Shown here piece after piece: positions 36,956-46,530 of a stretch of 64,000 nt of DNA. The translations under genes were made by a program, and so were the position numbers. Below the pieces are notes generated by a model. It was given only the letters and a program-made list of their open reading frames with translations. It had not been told where the DNA came from and made no database searches. Source of the DNA: Longimicrobiales bacterium (lineage in GTDB: Bacteria > Gemmatimonadota > Gemmatimonadetes > Longimicrobiales > Gaopeijiaceae); NCBI GenBank assembly GCA_965249725.1, contig CBDFMQ010000002.1:2432001-2496000 (forward strand), in the 5' to 3' direction. Each line of letters starts with the position of its first letter. Position 1 is the stretch's first letter.

Positions 36956-38347
36956 CTAGCCCGCCGCCCCCGTGAGATCCCGCACCACGTCGTAGCGCGT
37001 CAGGATCCCTTTGAGCTCCCCACTATCGCGCACGAGGACCGCCGGGTTCTCGCGCGTAAGCAGCCGGGCGGCCTCATCGGCGTTCAGGTGGCTGTCCACC
37101 ACGGGGAACGGCGCGTCCATGACCGACTCCACGGGCCGGTCCAGCAGCTCGGGGTCCTCGATCACCGTCGACATGAGCTCCCCTTCCGTGAGCGAGCCGA
37201 CACACTCGCCGTCCAGCACGACCGGGAGCTGCGAAACGTCGAACGACGTGATGGTCGAAAGCGCCACCCGCACCGAGGTGGTTGGCTGCACCGTCACGAG
37301 TTCCGGAAGATCGGCGCCCTTTCGGGCAACCACATCGTGGATGGTCCGGTGCGTGCGCCTGAGGAAGCCGTTCTCCCTCATCCAGTCGTCGTCGTAGAGC
37401 TTGGTCAGGTAGTGTTCGCCCCAGTCGCACAGCAGCGTGACGAACACGGCGTCGGGATCGTTCGTCTCCTTGGCGATCTCGACGGCCGCATGCACCAGGA
37501 GCCCCGATGACCCTCCAGCGAACAGTCCCTCTTCCCGGCACAGCCGCCTGGTCATGGCAAAGGCCTCGGCGTCACTCACAGTGACCCACCGGTCGGTGAC
37601 GCTCATGTCCAAACATCCGGGAATCTTGTCGCTCCCAAGACCCTCCACCTTATAGGGCTCGCCCTCGCTCATCTCACCCGTCTCGAAAAAAATCTTCAGG
37701 ATCGATCCCACCGGATCTACACCGATGATCTGTACCTCCGGGTTCCGCTCCTTCAGGAACCGGCCCACACCCGTGATCGTCCCGCCGGTGCCGGACCCGG
37801 CCAGGAAGTGCGTGACCTTGCCGTCGGTCTGCTCCCACACCTCGGGACCCGTGGTCTCGTAGTGCGCCTCGGGATTCGCTTCGTTGTAGAACTGATCCGC
37901 AAGAATGGCGCCAGGCGTGTCCTTCACGATGCTCGCGGCCTTCTGCGTGTAGTGGTCGGGATGGTCGGGAGGGACGGCCGTAGGCACGATCACCACGTCG
38001 GCGCCGAACGAACGAAGGAGCTTCACCTTCTCCTGGCTCATCTTGTCGGGCATGGTGAAGATGCAACGATAGCCACGAAGGGCCGCCACCATGGCGAGCG
38101 CCACGCCGGTGTTGCCGCTCGTGGCCTCGACAATGGTCCCGCCGGGCTTTAGGGACCCCTCCCGCTCGGCCTTCTCGACGATAGCCAGGCCGATGCGGTC
38201 CTTCACCGAACCGCCCGGATTCATGAACTCACACTTGGCGTAGATCGTCCCGGGCACGCCTCCAGTGACGCTGTTGAGCCGGATGAGCGGTGTCCCGCCC
38301 ACCACCTCCGTGACATTGTCGTAGGGGCGGGCGTGGTTCTCACTCAC
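36956..38347 (-). CDS. Cystathionine beta-synthase (PLP domain + CBS pair)
   Basis: KCEFMNPGGSVKDRI, EATSGNTG, GSGTGGT, YKVEGLG, C-terminal CBS domains. Confidence 0.9.
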   Translation of the reverse strand: MSENHARPYDNVTEVVGGTPLIRLNSVTGGVPGTIYAKCEFMNPGGSVKDRIGLAIVEKAEREGSLKPGGTIVEATSGNTGVALAMVAALRGYRCIFTMPDKMSQEKVKLLRSFGADVVIVPTAVPPDHPDHYTQKAASIVKDTPGAILADQFYNEANPEAHYETTGPEVWEQTDGKVTHFLAGSGTGGTITGVGRFLKERNPEVQIIGVDPVGSILKIFFETGEMSEGEPYKVEGLGSDKIPGCLDMSVTDRWVTVSDAEAFAMTRRLCREEGLFAGGSSGLLVHAAVEIAKETNDPDAVFVTLLCDWGEHYLTKLYDDDWMRENGFLRRTHRTIHDVVARKGADLPELVTVQPTTSVRVALSTITSFDVSQLPVVLDGECVGSLTEGELMSTVIEDPELLDRPVESVMDAPFPVVDSHLNADEAARLLTRENPAVLVRDSGELKGILTRYDVVRDLTGAAG

Positions 38348-38368
38348 GGAGTTCGCTCTCGTTCCATG

Positions 38369-38761
38369 TCAGGGGCGGGGCTTCTTCGAGAAGTGCACGG
38401 GGACCTGGGCCCACACCTCGATGCGCTCTCCGTCCTTCCGAGCCGGGCTGAACTTGAGGGTCCTAGCACCTCGGATGGCCGACGAGTCGAAGGCCATCTG
38501 GCCGCTCGACTCCACCACCACCACGCTGTCGACGTCTCCCATATCCGTCACCCGGACCTTGAGAAGGCAACGCCCCTCGATGCCCTGATCCCACAACTCG
38601 AGCGGGTATTCGATCGGCACGGAGGCGGACAGAGGGGACGGGCTTTCGATGTCCGGATCGCTGGTGCAGGCCACCACACCGGCGAGGAGCGCGCCCGCCA
38701 GCCCGGCGCGGGTCAGCGAAGAGCTACCGCGGCGCACACGAAGAGTCGACGGTCGGTTCAC
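38369..38761 (-). CDS. Short TonB C-terminal domain protein, possible lipoprotein
   Basis: YPLELWDQGIEG, VVESSG...FDSSA, FSPARKDG...VPVHF; lipobox-like VVAC. Confidence 0.8.
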   Translation of the reverse strand: MNRPSTLRVRRGSSSLTRAGLAGALLAGVVACTSDPDIESPSPLSASVPIEYPLELWDQGIEGRCLLKVRVTDMGDVDSVVVVESSGQMAFDSSAIRGARTLKFSPARKDGERIEVWAQVPVHFSKKPRP

Positions 38762-41391
38762 TCGCTATCTCCCGATCCGGACTCGTTCCGGAGCTCGAAC
38801 AAAAGGTCCAAGGCCTCCCTCGGCGTCATCGTGTCCGGATCGATGGCCCGGAGCCGCTTCAGAACCGGCGGCTCCGCCGCTGCGAAGAACGACAGCTGAT
38901 CCGGAGGAGGCTCGGACGCGGGCCGATGTTTTCCGAAACGGCCCAAGCCCTCTCCTCCACCCGAATGTGTTCCCTCCAGCTCGGTCAGAAGTTCCCTGGC
39001 GCGGGCGATGACGTAGGTAGGCAGCCCGGCGAGGCGTGCGACCTGGATTCCGTAGGAGCGATCGGCGCCACCATCGGCGAGCCTCCGGAGAAAGACGATC
39101 TTCTCGCCCACCTCGCGCACGATCACGTTCATGTTCTTCGCACCGGGCAGCAGGTCTCCGAGCTGAGTCAGCTCGTGGTAGTGGGTGGCGAAGATGGTCT
39201 TGCAGCCGACCGACTCGTGCAGATGCTCTGTAACCGCCCAAGCGATGGACACGCCGTCGTAGGTGCTGGTCCCTCTCCCGATCTCGTCGAGAAGAACCAG
39301 ACTCCGGTCTGTGGCTCCGTGGATGATCGACGCCGTCTCGTTCATCTCGACCATGAATGTCGACTGCCCGCGAGCCAGGTTGTCCGAGGCCCCCACCCTC
39401 GTGAAGATCCGGTCGCACACCGGCAGGCGGGCCCGGTTCGCCGGCACGAACGAGCCGATCTGGGCCATCAGGTGGATGAGGCCGATCTGCCGGAGCACGG
39501 TGGACTTACCCGCCATGTTCGGCCCTGTGAGGATCACGATCCGTCCGTCCTCATCGAGCGAGAGGTCGTTGGGAATGAACGACTCGGCGGGCATCATGGT
39601 CTCCACGACCGGATGCCGGCCGGCCTCGATCTCCACATCGAACCCCGTGTGGACCTCGGGGCGGACGTACTGCCTCCGCTCGGCCACATAGGCCAGCGTG
39701 GTCAGAACATCGAGACGAGCGGCTCGGGCACCGGCGTCCTGAATACGCGCCACCTCGGACGCCACCTGCCGCCGGACTTCGCCGAACAGTTCGGTCTCGA
39801 GCTTCTCCATGCGGTCCTCGGCACCGAAGACCTTCTCCTCCCACTCCTTCAGTTCGGGCGTGAAGTAGCGCTCCGCGTTGGTGAGCGTCTGCTTCCGCAC
39901 GTAGTCCTCGGGCACCTTGTCGAGGTTCGACTTGGTGACCTCCAGGTAGTATCCGAAGACCCGATTGAAGCCGACTTTCAGCGAGGTGATGCCGGTGCGC
40001 TCGCGCTCGCGACTCTGCAGGCTCGCGATGAAGTCCCGAGCTCCGTCCCGCGTTTCCCTGAGGTCGTCCAGCTCCTCCGAGTATCCCTCCCGGATGATCC
40101 CCCCGTCCTGAAGCGTGGCGGGTGCGTCGGCGGAGATGGCGCTCTCCACCAGCTCGAGCACGTCCTCGAGAACGTCCATCTCCGCGACGAGGCTCTTCAG
40201 CAGGGCGCTCGCTGCCCCCTCCCCCGCCTCCTGAATGGTGGGCAGCTCGGCCAGAGAGCGTCCGAGGCCCAGGAGCTCGCGCGGCGAGACGCGCCCCGCC
40301 CCCACCTTGCCCGCCAAGCGCTCCAGATCGGTCATGCGGCCCAGGGCCTCACGAAGCCGATCCCGCAGATCTACGTCACTGAACAACTCGATGACCGTGT
40401 TCTGGCGGTTCCAGATCTGCTCGGCGTCCACCAGGGGATGGAGCAGCCAGCGACGGAGCGTACGGGCCCCCATGGCCGTCACCGTCTCGTCCAACACCGA
40501 GATGAGGGTGCCTCCCTCCTCGCCGGTCCGCAGCGGCTCGACGAGCTCGAGGTTCCGCCGCGTCATCTCGTCCAGGAGCATGGCGCTTCCGCGGCGGAGG
40601 ATCTGCGGGGTGCGCAGGTGCTCCACACCACCGGGCCGGATCTCGCCCACATAGGTCAGGAGAGCCCCGGCGGCGCGCACCAGCACCTCGTCGTCCTTCT
40701 GGAAGCCGAACGCATCCAGGCTCTGGACACCGTATCGACGCTTCAGCTCATCGGAAGCCGACTCGTAGTCGAACACCCAGTCGTCACGGTAGGTGCGGAG
40801 CACGCCGGGGGCCGCATCGGCCAAGACGGCAGCGTCGTCGCCCCCGTCTTCGAGCGACCGGGGCAGCAGGAGCTCCGTGGGGTCCCGCCGCCCAAGCTCG
40901 GCCCGAAGCTCGGCGGGAGGCACGGCCTGCGCCGAGATCTCACCGGTCGAGAGATCGAGCGTGGCGACGCCTACACCCAGCTCCGTCTCATCCGTGAGCG
41001 CCACCAGGAAGTTGTTTCGCTTGGCGGTCAGCAGCGTGTCCTGGAGAACGGTGCCGGGCGTGACCGTCTCGGTCACCTCGCGGCGGACGATCCCCTTGGC
41101 CTCGGCCGGGTCCTCCACCTGATCGCAGATGGCCACCTTCTGACCCAGCTTGACCAATCGGCCCAGATAGTCGTCGATGGCCTTCGCCGGGACGCCGGCC
41201 AACGGAACGCGGGCGGCGGCCCCGTTGTTCCTCGACGTCAGCGTCAGGCCCAGAAGCCGAGACCCCTCCTCGGCATCACCGTAGAACAGCTCGTAGAAAT
41301 CCCCTACGCGGAAGAACAAGAGGGAGTCCCGGTTTCGGGATTTCACCTCTCGCCACTGGCGCATCAGTGGAGTATCGTCAGCCTTGGGCAT
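38758..41391 (-). CDS. mutS: DNA mismatch repair protein MutS
   Basis: TPLMRQW, GDFYELF, TGPNMAGKST, STFMVEM, DEIGRGT, ATHYHEL, SYGIQVARLAG. Confidence 0.98.
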   Translation of the reverse strand: MPKADDTPLMRQWREVKSRNRDSLLFFRVGDFYELFYGDAEEGSRLLGLTLTSRNNGAAARVPLAGVPAKAIDDYLGRLVKLGQKVAICDQVEDPAEAKGIVRREVTETVTPGTVLQDTLLTAKRNNFLVALTDETELGVGVATLDLSTGEISAQAVPPAELRAELGRRDPTELLLPRSLEDGGDDAAVLADAAPGVLRTYRDDWVFDYESASDELKRRYGVQSLDAFGFQKDDEVLVRAAGALLTYVGEIRPGGVEHLRTPQILRRGSAMLLDEMTRRNLELVEPLRTGEEGGTLISVLDETVTAMGARTLRRWLLHPLVDAEQIWNRQNTVIELFSDVDLRDRLREALGRMTDLERLAGKVGAGRVSPRELLGLGRSLAELPTIQEAGEGAASALLKSLVAEMDVLEDVLELVESAISADAPATLQDGGIIREGYSEELDDLRETRDGARDFIASLQSRERERTGITSLKVGFNRVFGYYLEVTKSNLDKVPEDYVRKQTLTNAERYFTPELKEWEEKVFGAEDRMEKLETELFGEVRRQVASEVARIQDAGARAARLDVLTTLAYVAERRQYVRPEVHTGFDVEIEAGRHPVVETMMPAESFIPNDLSLDEDGRIVILTGPNMAGKSTVLRQIGLIHLMAQIGSFVPANRARLPVCDRIFTRVGASDNLARGQSTFMVEMNETASIIHGATDRSLVLLDEIGRGTSTYDGVSIAWAVTEHLHESVGCKTIFATHYHELTQLGDLLPGAKNMNVIVREVGEKIVFLRRLADGGADRSYGIQVARLAGLPTYVIARARELLTELEGTHSGGGEGLGRFGKHRPASEPPPDQLSFFAAAEPPVLKRLRAIDPDTMTPREALDLLFELRNESGSGDSE

Positions 41392-41502
41392 TCCGCGGGG
41401 TCAGTGGCTTGAGCGCCGTGTCGAGCGTAAGTGTGGAGGGTCTCGTCACGTAGGATACCCACCCGCCGGAACCCGATCAACCGAATCGACACGATAGAAC
41501 CT

Positions 41503-42576
41503 ATGCGCATCATCGCCCACAGCGGCGCCTCCGAGTGGGGTGGCGCCGAGAGTGCTCTCACCGACCTTCTGGCCGGGCTCTCCGAACGTGGGCACGACGT
41601 GACCCTGTTCGCCAACCGAACGGCGATCATGCAGGGGGCGCGGGCCAAGGGAGTCGACACGCGTCGGGTGCACCTGGGCGGCGACATCGCAGTACACGAC
41701 TCCTTCTTCTTCAGCAGGGCGCTTCGCAGCGAGAGGCCCGATGCCCTCTTGATCGGCACCTTCCAGAAGATCTGGCTGGGGGGGTTGGCCGCTCGGATGG
41801 CCGGGGTGCCCCGTGTGGTGGCCCGGGTGGGGCTCTCCACCGACACTCCCCGAGGTCCCAAGTACCGCTTCGCACTCAAGCGTTGGGTGGATCAGGTCGT
41901 GTTCGTGGCCGACGGAATGCGCCGATCCTACGTGGAGCAGCTGCCCGAACTCGAGGACCGGTTCGTCACCATCTACAAAGGCCTACCACCTCTCGGACAG
42001 CGAAGAAACCCGGAGGACGCTCGCCGGGCACTCGGCCTTCCCGACGATGTCCCGCTCGTGGGGAGCGTCGGGCGGCTCGTGGCCAAGCGACGCTTCGACC
42101 GCCTCCTGGAAGCGATGGTGTTCCTGCCGAACGACGCTCATCTCGCCGTCGCCGGTGAGGGTCCCCTGCGGGGAGCGTTGGGTCAGCTCTCCGACAAGCT
42201 CGGCCTTCGCGATCGTATCCGCTTCCTCGGCTACTGTCCGGATCTCGGACCCCTGATGGATGCACTGGACGTGTTGGTCATCACGTCCGACCGGAAGGGC
42301 ATGGCCAGCGTGATGCTGGAGGCGTTGTCCCGCGGGGTCCCCGTAGTATCGACCGACGTGTCGGGCGCGCGGGAGGCGCTGGAACCGGGGCCCGACGGCC
42401 AACCACCGGGGCTCGTGACCGGCTTCGCACCGCCGGAGATCGCTTCGGCCATGAACTCCATCATCTACGATCGAAAGGTCCAACACGCGATGGGCAGAGC
42501 GGCTGCCGAGCGCTATGAGGCACGCTTCTCGTTCGAGAGAATGCTTGACGGTTGGGAAGCGGTGTTGGCGGGCTAA
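41503..42576 (+). CDS. GT4-family glycosyltransferase with atypical catalytic motif
   Basis: WGGAE, GSVGRL, AGEGPLR, FLGY, LEALSRGVPVVSTDVSG; EX7E motif reads KX7E. Confidence 0.85.
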   Translation: MRIIAHSGASEWGGAESALTDLLAGLSERGHDVTLFANRTAIMQGARAKGVDTRRVHLGGDIAVHDSFFFSRALRSERPDALLIGTFQKIWLGGLAARMAGVPRVVARVGLSTDTPRGPKYRFALKRWVDQVVFVADGMRRSYVEQLPELEDRFVTIYKGLPPLGQRRNPEDARRALGLPDDVPLVGSVGRLVAKRRFDRLLEAMVFLPNDAHLAVAGEGPLRGALGQLSDKLGLRDRIRFLGYCPDLGPLMDALDVLVITSDRKGMASVMLEALSRGVPVVSTDVSGAREALEPGPDGQPPGLVTGFAPPEIASAMNSIIYDRKVQHAMGRAAAERYEARFSFERMLDGWEAVLAG

Positions 42577-42662
42577 CGCTCCTCCGAGAGCCAGAAGTAC
42601 CAAACGATCCAAGCGATGGCGAGCACCGCTCCCACGTTCACCAGAATGACGTCCGTCGCCAT
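42573..42662 (-). CDS. 29-aa single-pass membrane peptide downstream of copA (CupA-anchor-like)
   Basis: MATDVILVNVGAVLAIAWIVWYFWLSEER; GGAGG RBS; starts 5 bp after the copA stop; below the ORF-track cut-off. Confidence 0.65.
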   Translation of the reverse strand: MATDVILVNVGAVLAIAWIVWYFWLSEER

Positions 42663-42667
42663 ATGCG

Positions 42668-44965
42668 CTAGGCCTCCACGCCTCTGGGGGTGAAGCTCCG
42701 CAACCGATTGGCGTTGGTGACCACCGTCACCGAACTGAACGCCATGGCGGCGCCCGCGATCACGGGCGAAAGCAGGATGCCGAAGAGGGGATAGAAGACC
42801 CCGGCGGCCACAGGAATACCCAGCGTGTTGTAGATGAACGCACCCACCAGGTTCTGGCGGATGTTTCTGAACGTCGCCTCGGAAATCTCCATCATCGCGA
42901 CGACCCCCTCCAACGACCCTCCCATGAGGGTCACGTCACCGGCCTCCATAGCCAGGTCGGTCCCGGTGCCGATCGCGACGCCGACGTCCGCCTGAGCCAA
43001 CGCGGGGGCGTCATTGATGCCGTCTCCGACCATCGCCACCCTGCGCCCGCGGTCCTGGAGATCCTTGATGCGCAGGGCCTTCTGGTCCGGAAGGACCCGT
43101 GCAAACACCTCATCGACCCTGACCTCGCGGGCTACGGCTCTCGCCGTGGCCTCGTGATCTCCCGTCAGGATCACGACCTCGAGACCCATCTGTTGGAGTC
43201 TGGCGATGGCCGCAGCCGACTCCGGCTTCACTGGATCGGAGACTCCCAGCACTCCCAGGGGCTTGCCGTCTGCAGCCACCAGAACGGGGGTTCGGCCCGA
43301 TTCGGCCAGCGTAGATGCCTGCGCCTCGAGTGCATCGATCTCTACACCGGAATCAGACAGGAACGCCGCCGTACCGACCAGGACCGACCGGCCGTCCACC
43401 GTGGCGCGGATGCCCCGTCCCGGGATCGCCTCGAAGTCCGAGGCCCTGTCGTACTCCACGCCGCGGGCGGCAGCGCCCGCGGCCACCGCCTGGGCCAAGG
43501 GGTGTTCCGAGCCGGTCTCGGCGGCGGCCGCCAACCGGACGAGCTCCTCGTCGGAGACCTCGCCGAGCGGCACCACGTCCGTGAGCGTGGGCGATCCCTG
43601 GGTGACGGTACCCGTCTTGTCGAGAACGACCGTGTCCACGGTTCGGGCCCGCTGGAGCGCCTCTCCATTTCGGATGAGGATGCCGTGCTCCGCGGCCTTC
43701 CCCACGGCGACCATGATGGAGATGGGCGTGGCCAGTCCCAGGGCGCACGGACAAGCGATGACCAGCACCGCGACGGCCACCACCATGGCGTAGCTCAGAA
43801 CCGGCTCGGGGCCGAACGTGTACCAGACGGCGAAGGAAACCACGGACACGATCATCACCGAAGGCACGAAGTAGCTCGCCACCACGTCGACCACCCGCTG
43901 GATGGGCGGCTTGGCCCCCTGGGCCTCACGGACCATCTCGACGATCCGAGACAAGACCATATCGCGGCCCACCCGTTCGGCACTGAAGTGAAGCACCCCG
44001 GCGCTGTTCATCGTGCCGCCGACGACCTCGTCTCCGGGCCCCTTCTCGACGGGAATGCTCTCCCCGGTGACCATCGACTCGTCCACGGCGCTCCGGCCCT
44101 CCTGAACGCGGCCGTCGACCGGAATCTTCTCGCCGGGGCGGACCACGACGATCTCACCCACCTGGACCTCGGCCGCCGGGACCTCCACCTCGGTGTCGCC
44201 GCGAAGCACCCGGGCCACCGGCGGGCGTAGATCCATGAGGCGCCGCACGGCCATGGAGGTCCGCCCTTTGGCGCGAGCCTCCAGGGCCTGGCCCAGGACG
44301 ACCAAAGTGATCACCACGGCCGCGGCTTCGTAGAACGGGTGGCCGGTCCCCTCGGGAAAGAGGCCCGGAAAGGCCACCGCGACCGTGGAGTAGATCCACG
44401 CCGCACCGGTACCTAACGCGACCAGTGTGTCCATGTTGGCATCGTGACGCCGGAAGGCGGACCATCCACCGGTGAAGAAGCGACCGCCCACATAGACCAT
44501 GATGGGCACGGTCAGCACCCCGCTGAGCGCCCAAAGCAGGCGCATGGTTCCGTGTTCTATGCCCTGGAGGCCGGGAATGAACTGGGCGTGCCCGATGATC
44601 ACGACCGGCAGACCCAGCACCGCCCCCACCCAGAAGCGCCGTAACAGACTTCGAGCCTCTTGCTCGCGCTCTTCATCTCGGCGCTTGAGGGTCTCCTCGA
44701 TGTCCTCGGCCTCCGCCGCTGCGTCCACCTCGTAGCCGGCGGCCGCGACCGTGTCCCGCATGGTCACCGTGTCGAGAACACCGGGCACGTACTCGATGCG
44801 GGCGGACTCGGTTGCGAGGCTCACTTCGGCCGACGTGATGCCGGGTACGCGGTCGAGTGCCATCTCCACGCGGCGCACACAGGCGGCGCAGGTCATACCG
44901 CTGATCGCGACCTCCCGGGTGAGGGCCGGCACCGCGTGGCGGTCCGTTTGAGGCGTGTCATTCAT
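42668..44965 (-). CDS. copA: Cu(I)-translocating P1B-type ATPase
   Basis: GMTCAAC metal-binding domain, TGES, CPCALG, DKTGT, SEHP, GDGIND, YN, MAFSS. Confidence 0.95.
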   Translation of the reverse strand: MNDTPQTDRHAVPALTREVAISGMTCAACVRRVEMALDRVPGITSAEVSLATESARIEYVPGVLDTVTMRDTVAAAGYEVDAAAEAEDIEETLKRRDEEREQEARSLLRRFWVGAVLGLPVVIIGHAQFIPGLQGIEHGTMRLLWALSGVLTVPIMVYVGGRFFTGGWSAFRRHDANMDTLVALGTGAAWIYSTVAVAFPGLFPEGTGHPFYEAAAVVITLVVLGQALEARAKGRTSMAVRRLMDLRPPVARVLRGDTEVEVPAAEVQVGEIVVVRPGEKIPVDGRVQEGRSAVDESMVTGESIPVEKGPGDEVVGGTMNSAGVLHFSAERVGRDMVLSRIVEMVREAQGAKPPIQRVVDVVASYFVPSVMIVSVVSFAVWYTFGPEPVLSYAMVVAVAVLVIACPCALGLATPISIMVAVGKAAEHGILIRNGEALQRARTVDTVVLDKTGTVTQGSPTLTDVVPLGEVSDEELVRLAAAAETGSEHPLAQAVAAGAAARGVEYDRASDFEAIPGRGIRATVDGRSVLVGTAAFLSDSGVEIDALEAQASTLAESGRTPVLVAADGKPLGVLGVSDPVKPESAAAIARLQQMGLEVVILTGDHEATARAVAREVRVDEVFARVLPDQKALRIKDLQDRGRRVAMVGDGINDAPALAQADVGVAIGTGTDLAMEAGDVTLMGGSLEGVVAMMEISEATFRNIRQNLVGAFIYNTLGIPVAAGVFYPLFGILLSPVIAGAAMAFSSVTVVTNANRLRSFTPRGVEA

Positions 44966-44973
44966 GGCGTCCT

Positions 44974-44991
44974 AGAATACCCCAGAGGGTT
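44974..44991 (-). promoter_or_regulatory. CsoR-like operator overlapping a putative -10 (TATTCT) of copA
   Basis: TACCC-CAGA-GGGTT at 44978-44991 resembles TACCC-N4-GGGTA; 12 bp from the copA ATG. Confidence 0.5.
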
Positions 44992-45002
44992 CCCGATGCG
45001 TC

Positions 45003-45028
45003 ATAAAGGAGGCCCCGAGGGGCCCCTT
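45003..45028 (-). terminator. Possible intrinsic terminator upstream of the copA promoter
   Basis: AAGGAGGCCCC-GA-GGGGCCCCTT hairpin; only a short U tract on the minus strand. Confidence 0.35.
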
Positions 45029-45130
45029 GTGGCCCATCGAGAATCCCGCGAGCTGGCGCGCGAGGTGGGGGAACGGATGGGGCGGGTGCTCGCGGAACTC
45101 TAGGCACCGGCACAACCCGCCGGTTCGGTT

Positions 45131-45700
45131 CTAGAAGGCGCCCGCGAACTTCCCGAAGATGTAGAGGCCGACAAACACCGCGACGACGACAACCCAGCGC
45201 AGGACATTCGAGGTGAGTATGGCCTGCGGGTTCACCGCGCTGACAGCGGTGGTCGAGGTCCCGCTCGATCCGCGGCGGATTCCGCTCAACTCAGTGAGGT
45301 TCCGTAGCAGCGCCCTGAGCTTCTCTTCGAGCTCGGCAGGGCTCTCCGGCTTTGTAATGAAGTGGTTTCCACCCAATCCGTAGCTCTTGGCCACGTCCTC
45401 GTCCCGGTCCGACGACGTGAGCACCGCGACGGGGATCGAGCGGAGCTGGTCGCTGCCCTTGATCTCTTCCAGGACCTCGTGACCGGCCATTCCGGGCATC
45501 TTCAGGTCCAGGAGTAGCAGATCCGGCGGTTCTTCGTTGATCAGCTCGACGGCCTCTTCGCCGTTCCGTGCTCGACGAATCGTCACCGGCACGTCTACGG
45601 CCCTCTCGAGTGCCATCTCGATGAGAAGCGCGTGGTCGTCGTTGTCTTCCGCCAACACGACATTCCACTCGGACTTCTCTGTTCGCTCGATTACGCTCAT
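45131..45700 (-). CDS. Single-domain response regulator with C-terminal transmembrane anchor
   Basis: LAEDNDDH, LLLDLKMP, VLTSS, FITKP; hydrophobic tail VLRWVVVVAVFVGLYIFG. Confidence 0.85.
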   Translation of the reverse strand: MSVIERTEKSEWNVVLAEDNDDHALLIEMALERAVDVPVTIRRARNGEEAVELINEEPPDLLLLDLKMPGMAGHEVLEEIKGSDQLRSIPVAVLTSSDRDEDVAKSYGLGGNHFITKPESPAELEEKLRALLRNLTELSGIRRGSSGTSTTAVSAVNPQAILTSNVLRWVVVVAVFVGLYIFGKFAGAF

Positions 45701-46530
45701 CTGATCGGCTCCTCTTCCCTCACGTCTGAAACCACTGCAGCGTCGTAGCCCAGTTCCTCGATCTCCGCCATCAACTCGGATGCCGCCGATCGCTCGGTGA
45801 ACCGCCCGATGCGTACCCGCACCAACGCGCTGCCCGCGACCCGCACCACCCGGGTTTCGAACCCAGCCCGGGCCAACGTCCTCGCGAGTCCGTCAGCGCG
45901 CTCCTCGGTAGAGAAAGCCCCGAGCTGCACTGCATGTCGCCCGTCCACTTCGGGCGGGGCGTCCACCTGCTCCGCCTCGGTCGCCGGCGAATCAGTGACC
46001 ACCTCGGCCAGCGAGTCAGCGGCTGCCTGGGCAGCAGCGATCTCTGCGGCAGCTATCGCCGCCTCCGCCTCGGCGGCCTCGATCTCTTCCGAGTGATCCG
46101 AAAGCCACTGTCTAGCGACCACGCGCTCCGGGCTCCGAGGATAGTCCTGCAGCAGCGAGCGATAGTACCCTGCCGCACCCAACAGGTCCTCACCGGATCC
46201 GGCGATCATGGCCAAGCGGACCAAAGCCACGTCGGAATATGGCCCTCCGGGGTAGGACACCACCAGTCGCTGATAATCCAGGGTCGCCATCTCGGGGTCC
46301 ACGGTGAGGAGCCCCCGCAGCCACAATCCTCGCTGCCGATCACGCCGGCTGGACTGGCTCCGGTCGCTGTCCCACCACGTCTCGAGCACGCTCCGGGCCT
46401 CCTCCGTGCGTCCGGCCGAGGCGAGTACGTCCACTGAATCCAGACCCTCCTGCCCCGCGGCGCCGCCGGGGAGAGTCAGCACGGCCGCGAGTGTCCAGAC
46501 GGCCGCGGATAACGTGTGTCGTCCGATCAT
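45697..46530 (-). CDS. Exported TPR-like + SPOR domain protein
   Basis: Signal peptide AAG-Q; YPGGPYS/DYPRSPE helical repeats; AVQLGAFS...VRVRIGRF SPOR domain; ATGA overlap with holA. Confidence 0.85.
   Translation of the reverse strand: MIGRHTLSAAVWTLAAVLTLPGGAAGQEGLDSVDVLASAGRTEEARSVLETWWDSDRSQSSRRDRQRGLWLRGLLTVDPEMATLDYQRLVVSYPGGPYSDVALVRLAMIAGSGEDLLGAAGYYRSLLQDYPRSPERVVARQWLSDHSEEIEAAEAEAAIAAAEIAAAQAAADSLAEVVTDSPATEAEQVDAPPEVDGRHAVQLGAFSTEERADGLARTLARAGFETRVVRVAGSALVRVRIGRFTERSAASELMAEIEELGYDAAVVSDVREEEPIR

Noticed and set aside
38926..41412. 828-aa plus-strand ORF
   Set aside because: Antisense shadow of mutS caused by high-GC codon bias; no motifs.
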